This document shows, piece after piece, positions 1-10,778 of a stretch of 64,000 bases of DNA. The translations under genes and the position numbers were made by a program. Each line of letters begins with the position of its first letter. The first letter of the stretch is position 1. This DNA is from Nitrosopumilaceae archaeon (lineage in GTDB: Archaea > Thermoproteota > Nitrososphaeria > Nitrososphaerales > Nitrosopumilaceae), in contig CBDCCK010000002.1 in NCBI GenBank assembly GCA_965214835.1, positions 2,240,001 to 2,304,000 of the forward strand, written 5' to 3'. The notes under the pieces are model-generated. The model was not told the DNA's origin. It did no database searches and saw only the letters and a program-made list of their open reading frames with translations.

Positions 1-137
1 AGCACGTCTCCCTGAAGCTATCAAAGGGCCAGGCAAAGGGGCTGTCAAGGCTGTCGCGCGAGAAGAACCTGGAGCCGGACGAGCTTGCGCAAAAGATAGT
101 CTCGGACTATCTGTCAAGGAAGGGATTCGGCAGGTAG
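1..137 (+). CDS. 3' end of a gene running in from the left edge; possible small DNA-binding (RHH-like) C-terminus
   Basis: Manual translation from nt 3: HVSLKLSKGQAKGLSRLSREKNLEPDELAQKIVSDYLSRKGFGR*. Confidence 0.45.
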   Translation, partial: HVSLKLSKGQAKGLSRLSREKNLEPDELAQKIVSDYLSRKGFGR

Positions 138-308
138 CTTTCGCCCGGGGGATGTACAGGCCGGACAATCATTGAATGCACTGCGTGGTATCTGCCTGTT
201 TTGTGTCCCTCCCGGCAGGTACGGAGATCACGCCTGCGGCGATTTTATCCTTATAAGGAATCGTTCCATGAGATAGTCATGAAGGATACCACCGGAGGGA
301 TCTGCTAG

Positions 309-623
309 ATGCCTGCCGTACCAGTTGCCACCCCGGAGAGGATGAAGACCTTCCTCCGTCCCAGCATGGAGGATCTCAAGGCCTGGAAGGAGGAGGGCTG
401 GAAGACAAAAAAGTCAAACGATGTCATCTTCCACAACAGGATAAGGCAGTGGATGTGTATCACGTCCGACAAGCGACACTGGCTGTTTCCAGGCGAGCTG
501 CACACCATCAACGGCTGGGGCAAGTTTCCCTACGAGACCGAGACGCTGATAAAGGCAGGACACCAGAGGCTTTTGCCTGTAGAGGAGTATCCTCCGCTTG
601 TAAAGCCTGATGACGCGTACTGA
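309..623 (+). CDS. hypothetical protein
   Basis: 104-aa ORF with protein-like composition, AT-rich promoter-like sequence upstream, T-run downstream. Confidence 0.55.
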   Translation: MPAVPVATPERMKTFLRPSMEDLKAWKEEGWKTKKSNDVIFHNRIRQWMCITSDKRHWLFPGELHTINGWGKFPYETETLIKAGHQRLLPVEEYPPLVKPDDAY

Positions 624-784
624 CCGGGTTTTTTTCAGTGATGTATGATTCGTGGCATGTATTGCGCGTAAGGTTCTGATTCCGAATGCGGTATGGCTCA
701 CCCTGGAAAACACGTCCTGGATCGCGATCCCATACTATGTCACACCCCCGCCAAAATTAAATATCCATCGCGCCTGAATCACGC

Positions 785-1558
785 GTGGGCTGGAAGAAGA
801 TCCTGTCAAATGTCAAGAAAAAATACGATCAGGTTCAGGAGGCCAGGAGGCAGAGGCAGCATGAGCTGGATGAGATCCGTGGCAAGGTTGACGATCTCCT
901 TGAGCACTTTGAGATACCTGATCTCGAGGAGTTTTTGAAAAAGTACCTGAACAAAAAACCGGAGCCGGAGGTCGACACCGATGACAGTGGAAGAAGACGC
1001 AAAATCCCGCCGTCCAGAAAGGACTACCTTGACTTTATCTGGAACATGTCGCCGGCGGGGAGATAAGATACGCCCATCTCAGCGAGTTTGCAAAAAAAGA
1101 AACGGATTGTGTCCCCTGGTTTTTTCAGGGATGCCGACGGCCCGGCGCGCGGACGCGGCGACTTTGGGATGATGATTGACTCCATAGGCGCGGAGTTTGA
1201 GCCCGAAAAGATATCAAATGAGGAGCACCTCGAATCGCAGCTTGTGATCTTTCTCAAGGCAAAGTTTCCCGGCAGGAAGATTGACCGGCAGGTCACCATA
1301 ATCGGAAACGACCGGATCGACATACTGATAGACGGCAGGTATGTGCTGGAGCTGAAGGTTCCAAAACAGCGCTCGGATCTGCGCAACCTCGGGGCCCAGC
1401 TTGAGGAGTACCAGGAAAGGTTTCCCGACATCTGCGCGATAATATTTGACGACATATCAAACGCATCACTCAGCGGGGACATCGTCGACTATGCCAGCAA
1501 GTACAAGAACAACTACGGAATTCCAAGCGTGATTGTCGGAGGAAAAAGGAGATCCTGA
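785..1558 (+). pseudogene. PD-(D/E)XK nuclease-domain protein split by an in-frame stop
   Basis: ORFs 785-1066 and 1088-1558 share a frame. C-terminal part has E..LESQL...DRQV...RIDILIDGRYVLELK...QLEEY (restriction-fold motif). Confidence 0.6.
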
Positions 1559-1728
1559 CAGGTCTCCCTAATCAGCCAAGAACCCGTGGCCTGTGTCTAC
1601 CGCCGGCACCGGGCCGCCGTCCGCGCCTGCCGTGCATGGGAATCGTGACTGCAGGCCTGCTTCCGGTCTGAGCTGATGCATCCCCGTATCGTGAAATCCC
1701 AAAAATGTTAATACGGTACAGGGCGGAT

Positions 1729-1902
1729 ATGTCCCTTGTGAGGGGACTGATTGTGAGGCAGCCGCACGCATCAAGGCTTGTGGCGGGGACGAAAAAACAC
1801 GAGTACAGGAGCAGCGCCCTGCGCATGCTCGGCGAGGACGTGCACGTCGTTTCGGGCGGATACAGCATCGGCACCGTCATGTTCGACTCCTATACAATGT
1901 GA
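1729..1902 (+). pseudogene. ASCH-domain protein, truncated
   Basis: GLIVRQPHASRLVAGTKKHEYRS matches the ASCH N-terminal motif; stops after about 57 aa where the RM remnant begins. Confidence 0.6.
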
Positions 1903-2340
1903 TCCCGACAGAGGACTGGTAAGTTAACGGGAGCTGGTTTCTCCTGGAAGGCGTCGGGAGCTGATGGACGCCACATAAGGAGAAGAATAACAAAATAAGC
2001 ACAAACTCATGCAACGATCCCGATATTAGAAAAAGATTCACTGCATACAGGTTTGCAGATTACAAAGAACATGTCATAGACCTGCTGCCAAGGGTGACCA
2101 CGGTCTCTGTAGAGACGATGAAGCTGCGACGGGAGCTTGAAAGAATGCCCTGGGGAAAGTAGCCAAAGTCATACCCTGGAAAGTCCGATGCCGGCATTAC
2201 CAAGACGTCGAAAAAACCGCAAGCGAGGAAAACCAAGCAGCCTAAAAAGCCAAAAGCCGCAAAGAGGGGCAGAAGGAAATCCGGGCTCCAAGACACGTTT
2301 GACGGAACTGGACAGAAAAGGCTGTTTGGGGACGAGTCCA
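1902..2340 (+). pseudogene. type ISP restriction-modification enzyme, C-terminal remnant
   Basis: Manual translation HKEKNNKISTNSCNDPDIRKRFTAYRFADYKEHVIDLLPRVTTVSVETMKLRRELERMPWGK* resembles the Type ISP C-terminus (YRFADYKE.VIDLL.RV.TVSVET); internal stops. Confidence 0.7.
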
Positions 2341-2473
2341 CGGCACAGTCATGTCCAGCACCCCAAGTTAACGCCGGAAACCCCCAACTCAACACCCGGT
2401 CAAAAAACCCCGAAGGTTTACCAGAGTGTTATCGCCACAAGGTTTTTACAATATTCCCATAAAACCAGTGCTT

Positions 2474-2863
2474 GTGAAGGCAACAGAGACTCGATTGGCA
2501 AACTTTTTGAATGACACCAAGCAGTTTGTCATTCCGATTTATCAGCGAACGTACAGTTGGACTGAGAAGCAGTGTGAGCAATTATGGGATGACATCATAA
2601 AGGTTTCACAGAATGAAAAGAATCCGGGCCACTTTATTGGCTCCATTGTATCCATAGAAAAAGGGATAAACCAAGCTTCGGGAGTTGACCAATATTTGGT
2701 AATTGACGGGCAGCAGCGCCTAACAACTTTGACACTACTGCTGTACGCGTTTTCCAAAGCACTGGAAAAACAAGGCAATACCGAGGTCACGGCAAAGAAA
2801 ATCCGTAATTATTGTTTAGTAATTGGCAGTCGTTTTGATTTTTCATGCCTGAGAAATTCCTAG
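2474..2863 (+). pseudogene. GmrSD/DUF262 restriction protein, N-terminal fragment
   Basis: FVIPIYQRTYSW and VIDGQQRLTT DUF262 motifs; ends after about 130 aa with no DUF1524/HNH part. Confidence 0.85.
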
Positions 2864-4758
2864 TCGGACTTGGCAACAATAACCCGGAGGTTCGCGAGTC
2901 GGCAGACTCTGATTTTGTATCCTTTTGGGACAGCGAGGCCAAGAAGCTAAGCTGGTTTGAGCCATGGACGAAAACCCTGGACTGGAACCCCCCCTTTGCC
3001 AGGTGGTTCGTTGGCGGAAAGATCAACGCGTCGTATAACGCGTTGGATGTCCACCAAACATCCATCTCGCAAAAGCCTGCCATTCTGTGGGAGGGCGAAA
3101 ACGGCGACTCTCGAACCCTGACCTATGGGTACATGTGGAGAAAAGTCCAAAGGCTTGCCGGCGGCCTAAGATCCCTGGGCCTCCAAAAGGGCGACAGGGT
3201 CACGATCTACATGCCAATGGTGCCCGAGCTGCCAATTGCAATGCTGGCCTGTGCCAGAATCGGCGCGATTCATACCGTGGTGTTTTCAGGATTCAGCTCA
3301 GCATCACTGCGTGACAGGATTGACGACTCTAAATCCAAAGTCGTCATAACCGCCGATGGCGGATACCGGAGGGGCTCCATTGTCAGGCTCAAGGAAACAG
3401 TCGATGAGGCAATCAAACCGCTTGACTTTGTTGAACATGTCGTTGTGCTTGAGCGAGCAAAAAACGAGATTCAAACGAGTCGGCGTGACATACCTTGGAG
3501 CCAGCTAATGGATGATTCCTCCGAGGATTGCACTGCAGAACCGCTGGACAGTGCACATCCTTTGTACATCCTGTACACCTCTGGCACCACCGGAAAACCC
3601 AAGGGAGTCTTGCACGGGATCGGGGGCTACCTGACCCACCTGCATACCACGTTCCGGTGGGCATTTGACATCAAGGACTCTGATGTCTACTTTTGCACTG
3701 CCGATATAGGCTGGGTTACAGGTCACAGCTATGTGGTCTATGCCCCGTTGCTTTGTGGTGCAACCCAGGTCATGTATGAGGGGGCGCCTGATTTTCCTGA
3801 CGCCTCAAGAATGTGGGATATTATTCAAAAATACGGGGTGACTATCTTCTACACAACCCCTACGGCCCTGCGCATGTTTATGAAGTACGGCGACGATATC
3901 CCGAACTCCTTTGATCTGTCCACCGTTCGCCTACTGGGAACCGTAGGTGAGCCCATCAATCCCGCGGTCTGGAGGTGGTACTATAAAATAATTGGGAAGA
4001 AAAGGTGTCCGATCATTGACACGTGGTGGCAGACTGAGACCGGAGGCATGCTGATCTCGCCACTGCCTGGAATCGAGACCATTCCACTAAAGCCCGGCTC
4101 TGGCACGCTCCCGATTCCCGGGTTGGATGTGGCAGTAGTTGACGAGTCTGGCAATGATGTTGGGACAGACACCAAGGGACACCTTGTAATTCGCAACCCG
4201 TGGCCTGGAATGCTGTTGGGATTGTGGGGTGATGATGAAAAGTACAGAACCGCTTACTGGTCAAAATACGAGAACTGCTACTATCCTGGCGATTATGCCA
4301 TCCGGGACAAGGATGGTTATTTCTGGCTACTGGGCCGGGCCGACGATGTCCTCAAGGTGGCCGGACACCGCATCGGAACTGCGGAACTGGAAAGCAGTAT
4401 AATCGCACATGGTGATGTTGCAGAGTCTGCTGTATGTGGAGTTCCCGACGAGGTAAAGGGGGAGACCATAATTGCATTTGTTGTGCTGCGCGAGGGTGTA
4501 CACAGGGATCCTGACATCTTGCGCAGGGAAATTACCTTGCAAGTCAGAAACGGCGTCGGCCCCATTGCCACGCCCCGGCAAATCTACTTTGTCTCAAAGC
4601 TGCCCAAAACAAGAAGCGGAAAAATAATGCGCAGGCTGCTCAAGGCCATTGCAGGCAAGGAGGAGGTTGGGGATGTCAGTACTCTGGAGGATGGCGCCGC
4701 CGTAAGCGAGATCCGATCTGCATTTGATGAGCTCCGAGAATCAGTTGACCATGACTGA
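2845..4758 (+). CDS. acs: acetyl-CoA synthetase (AMP-forming)
   Basis: YTSGTTGKPKG, GEPINP, DTWWQTETG, PKTRSGKIMRR motifs. Confidence 0.95.
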   Translation: MPEKFLVGLGNNNPEVRESADSDFVSFWDSEAKKLSWFEPWTKTLDWNPPFARWFVGGKINASYNALDVHQTSISQKPAILWEGENGDSRTLTYGYMWRKVQRLAGGLRSLGLQKGDRVTIYMPMVPELPIAMLACARIGAIHTVVFSGFSSASLRDRIDDSKSKVVITADGGYRRGSIVRLKETVDEAIKPLDFVEHVVVLERAKNEIQTSRRDIPWSQLMDDSSEDCTAEPLDSAHPLYILYTSGTTGKPKGVLHGIGGYLTHLHTTFRWAFDIKDSDVYFCTADIGWVTGHSYVVYAPLLCGATQVMYEGAPDFPDASRMWDIIQKYGVTIFYTTPTALRMFMKYGDDIPNSFDLSTVRLLGTVGEPINPAVWRWYYKIIGKKRCPIIDTWWQTETGGMLISPLPGIETIPLKPGSGTLPIPGLDVAVVDESGNDVGTDTKGHLVIRNPWPGMLLGLWGDDEKYRTAYWSKYENCYYPGDYAIRDKDGYFWLLGRADDVLKVAGHRIGTAELESSIIAHGDVAESAVCGVPDEVKGETIIAFVVLREGVHRDPDILRREITLQVRNGVGPIATPRQIYFVSKLPKTRSGKIMRRLLKAIAGKEEVGDVSTLEDGAAVSEIRSAFDELRESVDHD

Positions 4759-5400
4759 CTATTGTGACATCAGTTCTGCATTTCCGAACAGCACGCTGAA
4801 TGCCTTACACCAGATTAGGACCTGACCGTATTCCTCCAAGTCTGTGCCGTCTGGAATCTCATAGTTTTGGTTTCCTCGGTTTGCCTTTAGCTCGCCCAGG
4901 TTGACGAACTCTGATGCATGCTTGTCTGTTGCAAGATAGACATACAGATCCGGTCCGTTAGTTGATCTGAAATCCTCTAGCCTCAGGATCTGGCTTCCTC
5001 CCTCCAACGGCAGTACCTTTGCTATTCCTTGCGCATCGTGAATGCCGTCTCCGACTCCGATGAATCTCCCTTCATATGCTTTGAGTGGCATCGTCTCTAC
5101 CACTTCGTCCTCCTCCATAGTCATGGCATCCTCGTCTGCCATCCTGGCCTCGTCCTCCTCCATAGTCATGGCATCCTCGTCTGCCATCCTGGCCTCGTCC
5201 TCCTCCATAGTCATGGCATCCTCGTCTGCCATCCTGGCCTCGTCGCCTTTTATCGTCGTTTCAGGCTCTACCTGAGTTGTAATCACGTTATCTGGAATCT
5301 CTTCGTTTATAGTTGACTCTGTAAAGTATGGGCTGATTGCATAAACTGAAATTGGCACTATGATTGCAGCTATAACTATTCCGATTATTGCCCTGTTCAT
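4759..5400 (-). CDS. membrane-anchored DM13-domain protein with Met/acidic tandem repeat
   Basis: N-terminal TM helix; GPDLYVYL, LGELKANRGNQNYEIP, VLIWCKAFSVLFG (DM13). Confidence 0.85.
   Translation of the reverse strand: MNRAIIGIVIAAIIVPISVYAISPYFTESTINEEIPDNVITTQVEPETTIKGDEARMADEDAMTMEEDEARMADEDAMTMEEDEARMADEDAMTMEEDEVVETMPLKAYEGRFIGVGDGIHDAQGIAKVLPLEGGSQILRLEDFRSTNGPDLYVYLATDKHASEFVNLGELKANRGNQNYEIPDGTDLEEYGQVLIWCKAFSVLFGNAELMSQ
5105..5244. repeat. 3 perfect 45-bp tandem repeats (EARMADEDAMTMEED x3)
   Basis: Unit tcgtcctcctccatagtcatggcatcctcgtctgccatcctggcc at 5105, 5150, 5195. Confidence 0.95.
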
Positions 5401-5467
5401 ATGGGTGGGTGTTTTCAGATTGTATTTAATATAATCTCCAAATTCAATCCTCCCACATTCATTAGTG

Positions 5468-5596
5468 GGGGTTGTCGCCTAATTCGCTAGAATCCCCGAA
5501 AACCGTTGAGATGCCATATGATCATGCGTGCAAAAGGGCGGAAATTCAGAAAAACGTGCAGATTGGGTCAAATAAGTGGAATTAGGCGACAACCCC
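5468..5596 (+). mobile_element. MITE family A (129 bp), copy 1
   Basis: TIR GGGGTTGTCGCCTAATTC...GAATTAGGCGACAACCCC; related copies at 16264 and 36350. Confidence 0.85.
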
Positions 5597-5660
5597 CGTG
5601 TTATATGAAAATTAGTTTAGTACAATCTGGTTCATTTTACGTCATTTTTTATGATTTATT

Positions 5661-5748
5661 GTAACAGATCGGGCTCTGGAAGTTCAGGCGTGAATTTTGC
5701 AACCTCGGAGGGGGGGCCTCCCGGGCAAATTCGTGCCTGGAATCGGGG
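5661..5748 (+). mobile_element. partial MITE family C (IS66-type end)
   Basis: gtaacagatcgggctctggaagttcaggcgtgaatttt matches the start of the 36868 MITE. Confidence 0.65.
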
Positions 5749-5749
5749 C

Positions 5750-6296
5750 CTTTTTGTCCGTCTTTTTTCGGCTTGAGATCCCCTCGCTTCTCCCTCTTAC
5801 CGTATCTGTCAGTAACGACGCCGGTACTGTCGACTGCAAGCTTTAGTGCAGACGTGTCAAACCATGCAGGGCATTTGCGTGCAGTCTCAGATATCATCTC
5901 CTCAAGCCACTTGTTTGGAATCTTTGGCATGAGCCTGCACAGGGTGACGTGGTCTGGCACCGGCCCGTCGCTCTAGCGGGGTAGCCTTGGACAGAAAAAC
6001 AGGGAAATTTTACATTTTGACTATATTCCACCGGCCCGTCGCTCTAGCGGGATAGCCTTGGACAGTGCACAAGACACTGCGTGTCACGGCATGTCAGGTT
6101 CAGACACATCGTCAAAATACATAAGCACGCTAGCCCGTCGCGGCTGTGGACTGCCGGCCGTCCCGGCCCGGAACGGATCTTGACGGGATGCGGGTTCTCC
6201 ATGATCAAAGAAGCTATGCTGGATGGGAGAATCCTAGTTCTTTGGTGTGGGCAGCATGGTGTACTTGTACCCCTTGCGTCTCTTGTGTTTGCTCAT
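5750..6296 (-). pseudogene. IS5-family transposase remnant (N-terminal part)
   Basis: PDHVTLCR...LAVDSTG motifs; upstream GRP...GLACLCIL..LNLT.RD; stops and a roughly 37-bp internal duplication (5958/6029). Confidence 0.65.
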
Positions 6297-6597
6297 TAGA
6301 GAACCCACATCAGCTCTGATCAATACAGGGGAGAATTTAGAAAATTAGGCTAGTTGCCGAATTAGGAAACGGATCCGGCAGGCCATGCAGACAGCACTAG
6401 GGCCGGTTCCCGTTTGGAATACATTGCATTGACGGCACACGATATTCTGACTTGTCTGGCTGAGGATCCGTTGTATCCGGACTCTGGCAAAACCAAGCTG
6501 CGAACTGTGGCATACTGCATGCGTAAGACATGCCGCAAGAAATAATCCTGACAGCGTGCGCATTTTCAGCCAAGGCTTCATGCAAGCTGATAGAGGA

Positions 6598-7548
6598 TCA
6601 CCCCCTCATTCCGTATCCGACCAGCACGGAATAGCAACCCAGGCCGCACTCCTCACATCTTGGCTTCATGGAGCCGTCCTCTGCGCTCCCGATACAGCAG
6701 GGGCGCTTTTCTCTTCCCATGTGATCAACTGACAGGATGGCCCATGTGGGACAGTCAATTGGGACAGTCCCTCTTCCACCCCAGTTCCTTTTCATCAGTT
6801 CAAGCTGGCTCTTGGGATTGATCACGTATCCCCTGTACTCGTCCTCTGACATCCGAATCAGCTCGTTTACTAACCTAGTTCGTTGTTTGCCAAACGGCAT
6901 CCACAGGGGATCCCCCTTCATAAAGGGCGTGTGAAACTGAAAGCCGATTTTGTTTGAGTAGGGCTTCCAGTCCTCGATTACCTGCCTTACCGTCTTGTAG
7001 TTTTGTGAGTTGATTGTCATTGTAATCCAAATGTCCTTGTAAGCCCTGTTCCCATTGTCTTTGACATAGTCTAGGACGTTTTTTCTCGTCTTTGCCCATG
7101 CACCATCCCCCCTGATTCTGTTGTGCGTCTCCTCATCCCCGTCAATTGATATCCAGTAAAAGTAAATGTCCTTGAGGCGTGGTATCGGAAACGTGCCGTT
7201 TGTGACAACTGAGACCCTTTTTGGAAACTCCCTTACGAACAGCTCCACCACGTCCTGGCGCATCATCGGCTCCCCTCCCACAAGCGTGATGATGAAAACG
7301 TGGTTCTTCTTGAACTTGTACTCGATTACGTCCTTCCACTGCTCTACCGTCAGATCCTCGTTTTCCTGCCGATTCAGCCACCAGTAGCAGTGCTCGCAGT
7401 GTAGGTTGCATACGTTGACGATGTCCGCCGATCCGTACAGCGGGCTTTTCCTGTTGAAAAGCCGGTACCCTGCAAACTTTGCCATGATGTGAAAGTAGCA
7501 TGGGGACTCCCGGAGAATCTGCCTGAACCCCCTTCCCATGATCTCCAT
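6598..7548 (-). CDS. radical SAM protein
   Basis: CNLHCEHC (CxxxCxxC), GGEP, TNGT, SIDG, C-terminal Cys cluster. Confidence 0.9.
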   Translation of the reverse strand: MEIMGRGFRQILRESPCYFHIMAKFAGYRLFNRKSPLYGSADIVNVCNLHCEHCYWWLNRQENEDLTVEQWKDVIEYKFKKNHVFIITLVGGEPMMRQDVVELFVREFPKRVSVVTNGTFPIPRLKDIYFYWISIDGDEETHNRIRGDGAWAKTRKNVLDYVKDNGNRAYKDIWITMTINSQNYKTVRQVIEDWKPYSNKIGFQFHTPFMKGDPLWMPFGKQRTRLVNELIRMSEDEYRGYVINPKSQLELMKRNWGGRGTVPIDCPTWAILSVDHMGREKRPCCIGSAEDGSMKPRCEECGLGCYSVLVGYGMRG

Positions 7549-7722
7549 TTTAATCAGGAATGTTTAGCTGATCCTCTACTTAAGATTTGAACGAAAAATT
7601 AGGCACGGGCCACCACTGCTCGGTGGCTAGGCGAGTCTGCATGCGGCCGTGGTTTTCATGTCTCGCCAGCAATGGGAGGATGCCCCGCACGCTGCAAATA
7701 GACGTGGCCCCTTTGGACCGGC

Positions 7723-8748
7723 TTATCCGAACCACTGTTCCAGCGTCTGGCTCTTTTTCTCGACTGCCTTTTTCAGGCGGTTCAGGGATGCGGCCACCCT
7801 GTCTGCGGAAAACTCCCTTTCCTTGACCAGATAGTCGGAGATCCCGTCATAGTCCACCCTGCCAAAGACTATCTCGCCAACCTCCTTGACCTCGGGCTCC
7901 AGGAAGATTTTTCTTATCTGCCCATAGTCGATCTCGGACAGCCTTTCCTGTATGGACGGTATGTCCTCAAGCCTCTTGTACTCCCTGATCATCTTCAAGG
8001 CCGTCTTTGGGCCCACCCTCTCGAATCCGTCCGGGTTAAAGTCGGTTCCGATCAGTATACCGACATCGACTAGCTGCTCCTGCGTCAGCTTTAACTCGTC
8101 AAGGCATTTCTGCGTCTCGATGACCTCCGGCTCGACCTCGACGTATGAGTTCCGGTTTGGAATCTTCCGCCTCCCGCTGTTTGTAAAGTTCCTGACAAGC
8201 TTTTTTGCGCCAAACAGGACAGAGTCAAAGTCCTGACTTGCAGCCGCATGTGCCTGGTTTGAGTTTGTCAGGTGCGCTGCCATGGCCTCCCCCTCTGAGG
8301 GCGCATCAATGCACGGAATCCCAAAGAATCCCAGCAGCCGCTTAGAGTCCTCCACCATGCCGTCCTTCATTGCGGTAGTCTGCTGCGCGTATTTTCGCGC
8401 ATCCTCCATCTTTCCCTCCGAGAGCGCCTTTTCATACTTTATGGTGGCATCCTTTTTGATCTGCCTCCTCCTTTGGATCTCTGCGGACTTTAGCGACGGC
8501 GACCTTCCGTCAAAGACGTAGACTGGCCTTATCCCGATTGATAAAAAGTTGATGTTCCTGTACAGCAGTCCGCTGAGGTGGCTGGTTATCCTGCCCCGGG
8601 AGTCCGACAGGTTCATCCCGTCTGGACCCCTGATGATTGCCAGAAACTGGTAGATTGCATTGTACGCGTCTATTGCCACCACCCTGGTCGCAAAGGATTC
8701 CAGCCTTGTCCTCTCCCGTATGACCAGTGGCTTCAGATCTAGTCCCAA
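7723..8748 (-). CDS. fen: flap endonuclease 1
   Basis: [27 protein letters not shown]-terminal PIP box QTLEQWF. Confidence 0.97.
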   Translation of the reverse strand: MGLDLKPLVIRERTRLESFATRVVAIDAYNAIYQFLAIIRGPDGMNLSDSRGRITSHLSGLLYRNINFLSIGIRPVYVFDGRSPSLKSAEIQRRRQIKKDATIKYEKALSEGKMEDARKYAQQTTAMKDGMVEDSKRLLGFFGIPCIDAPSEGEAMAAHLTNSNQAHAAASQDFDSVLFGAKKLVRNFTNSGRRKIPNRNSYVEVEPEVIETQKCLDELKLTQEQLVDVGILIGTDFNPDGFERVGPKTALKMIREYKRLEDIPSIQERLSEIDYGQIRKIFLEPEVKEVGEIVFGRVDYDGISDYLVKEREFSADRVAASLNRLKKAVEKKSQTLEQWFG

Positions 8749-8825
8749 TTTACCATTCTCCGTCTAATCCTGCTTTTTGTATTGCGGTGACTTTCTATAT
8801 TAAGGGCCGTCTCGCTACTCTTCTT

Positions 8826-8907
8826 GCCAGGTTAGCCAAGTGGTAAGGCGGCCGTCTCGAAAACGGCTACGCGCAAGCGTACAGGGGTTCGAATCCCTTA
8901 CCTGGCG
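8826..8907 (+). tRNA. tRNA-Ser(CGA)
   Basis: GCCAGGT/ACCTGGC acceptor stem, anticodon arm GCCGT-CT-CGA-AA-ACGGC, long variable arm, GTTCGAATCC; TATA-like box about 30 nt upstream. Confidence 0.95.
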
Positions 8908-9099
8908 CTCAAACCTCCCAGGCGCGATCACAGGCGATCCCTCCGGATCTGCGGCCCTCACGGAAGACTCTGCTGTAGCCGGTGCATCATACATGCAGAA
9001 ATGATGGCCCGGCCTGCCTCCGAGCTCTTCGGCAGGATGCGGGCATCCGGGGCGCGTTGATCAGGCACAGCCGCGTCGTGATCAAGGCGTGCTGGGATC

Positions 9100-9810
9100 T
9101 CAAAACGGGACGTATTTTGTCGCCCCGTCGTCAGTCAGGCAGTGCGCCCTTCCAAGCGTGCTGTCCTTGATGATGTCGTACATGGACGGTATGTCCTTTT
9201 TTGTCCGATAGTTGCGCGTCGGGCGACTAAACTTGCCGTCGCTTGTAAATATCAGCACCTGCGGGACGTTTTTTGAAAGGAGCTCCAGTATGAGCGGCCC
9301 GTATTTTAGCCCCCAACGTCCAAAGTCGTTTATTATAACGGGCTGGTTGATCCTGTACCTCCTGATTATTGCAACCAGTAGCGCATAGTATGCTGTGGTC
9401 GACTTTGCCGTCGAAAGCGATTTTGGAATCATGATGTGGTTGTCCTCCATTTTCAGGAAGTCAAGCCCGCCATCCCCGTGCTCCAGGATCATCTTGTTGA
9501 ATATGTCGTTTGCGTCCTTGGAAATCTCTGAAAACTCGCCAGTGAACTTCATTCCTACAAAATAGTCAAGCAGCTCGTGATAGTCTGGGTATTCGTCTAC
9601 AAACATGAATCTTAGATCACAGTTCCTCTCGTCGATCAGGTCAATCTCCATCCTTCCATCACGGCCATGCATAAAGTACGACTGCAGCTTGTAATACAGC
9701 GTCTGCCCCGTGCTGGTACCGTCGATTATAAAGTTGAGGTTTTTTGTATCATCTGTGGACAACTCGACCTCGTATTTTTCATAAATGTTCCTGATCGTCT
9801 TGATTTTCAA
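9100..9810 (-). CDS. hypothetical protein resembling a degenerate C-terminal half of a DndD/Rad50-like ABC ATPase
   Basis: SLSTAK (signature-like), PVIINDFGRW (Walker B/D-loop-like), QVLIFTSD; no Walker A. Confidence 0.45.
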   Translation of the reverse strand: MKIKTIRNIYEKYEVELSTDDTKNLNFIIDGTSTGQTLYYKLQSYFMHGRDGRMEIDLIDERNCDLRFMFVDEYPDYHELLDYFVGMKFTGEFSEISKDANDIFNKMILEHGDGGLDFLKMEDNHIMIPKSLSTAKSTTAYYALLVAIIRRYRINQPVIINDFGRWGLKYGPLILELLSKNVPQVLIFTSDGKFSRPTRNYRTKKDIPSMYDIIKDSTLGRAHCLTDDGATKYVPF

Positions 9811-10233
9811 TAGTCTTCCTCCCGGGGCATGAGGCGCCCAAGCCCGCCCGTCACGGACGCCTTGTCCGGCGGATCAGGCGCCCCTGCAGGACTGGCTGCC
9901 CCCTCAAAACCTGCCTTGATCTCGTGTGCGGCGTCGGTTCGCAATGCAGCCGGGGGAGGGCCTTCACAAGCATCTCTGCTGTCATCTGGGTTCTTTTTTG
10001 TTACTGTGCTGTGGGGTGCCGCAAGTAGCCTGGCACTGTGCCTGCTGGGGCTTGCATGGCCTGCCTCGTATCTGCCGCCGTCAGGTGGCATGCCGATGCG
10101 GTATTTCCTGCATGTCTCCATCATGCGCGTCTTTCCTCCAATGTGGCGCATGGCATATGCTTACTATTTTTACCCTTTGGAGCAGTCAGTCAGGGCAGAA
10201 AACATCTATACCGATCATGACAAGGTAACCCTG

Positions 10234-10778
10234 ATGGCTAGGACCCTAATAATACCTGACATTCACAACGGGCACATCACGGCAGAGGATATCATCCGGC
10301 GGGAGGATGCCGACAGGATAGTGTTTCTGGGGGACTATTTTGACTCTTTTGAGGAGACCGAGGATGACGTAAGCGGAACCGCCAAGTGGCTTGCCGGCTC
10401 TCTCCAGATGCCGGACAGGACGCACCTGGTGGGAAACCACGATCTAAACTACATGACAAACAATCCCAAGCTAAAGTGCTCTGGATTTGATGGACGCAAA
10501 AAGTTCCTCATAGACAGGCACGCCATACCGTGGGGAATGCTAAAGCCGTTTTGCTATGTGGGAAACTACCTGTGCACGCACGCCGGACTCAGCAGGCAGT
10601 TCTTTGAGGAGCACTCCAAGACGGGCCTAGCGGAGTTCTTATGCGAGTCTTATGAGGAGATGCGGCACATTGATGAGCCCGATTACAAGTTCAGGTTTCT
10701 TGAGGCAGGCATCTCGCGCGGCGGTACTGCCAAAAACGGCGGGATCGTCTGGTGTGACTATGACGAGTTCCAGGATAT
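10234..10778 (+). pseudogene. calcineurin-like metallophosphoesterase truncated by ISH3 copy 1
   Basis: PDIH, GDYFD, GNHD, THAG motifs; frame runs into the IS TIR at 10779. Confidence 0.8.

Noticed and set aside
5105-5244. CRISPR-like repeats
   Set aside because: Head-to-tail with no spacers and in frame within a CDS.
9829-10233. N-terminal extension of the 320-aa ORF, and opposite-strand ORF 9807-10151
   Set aside because: Low-information GC-rich translation; phosphoesterase motifs begin at ATG 10234. The minus-strand ORF has no recognisable motif.
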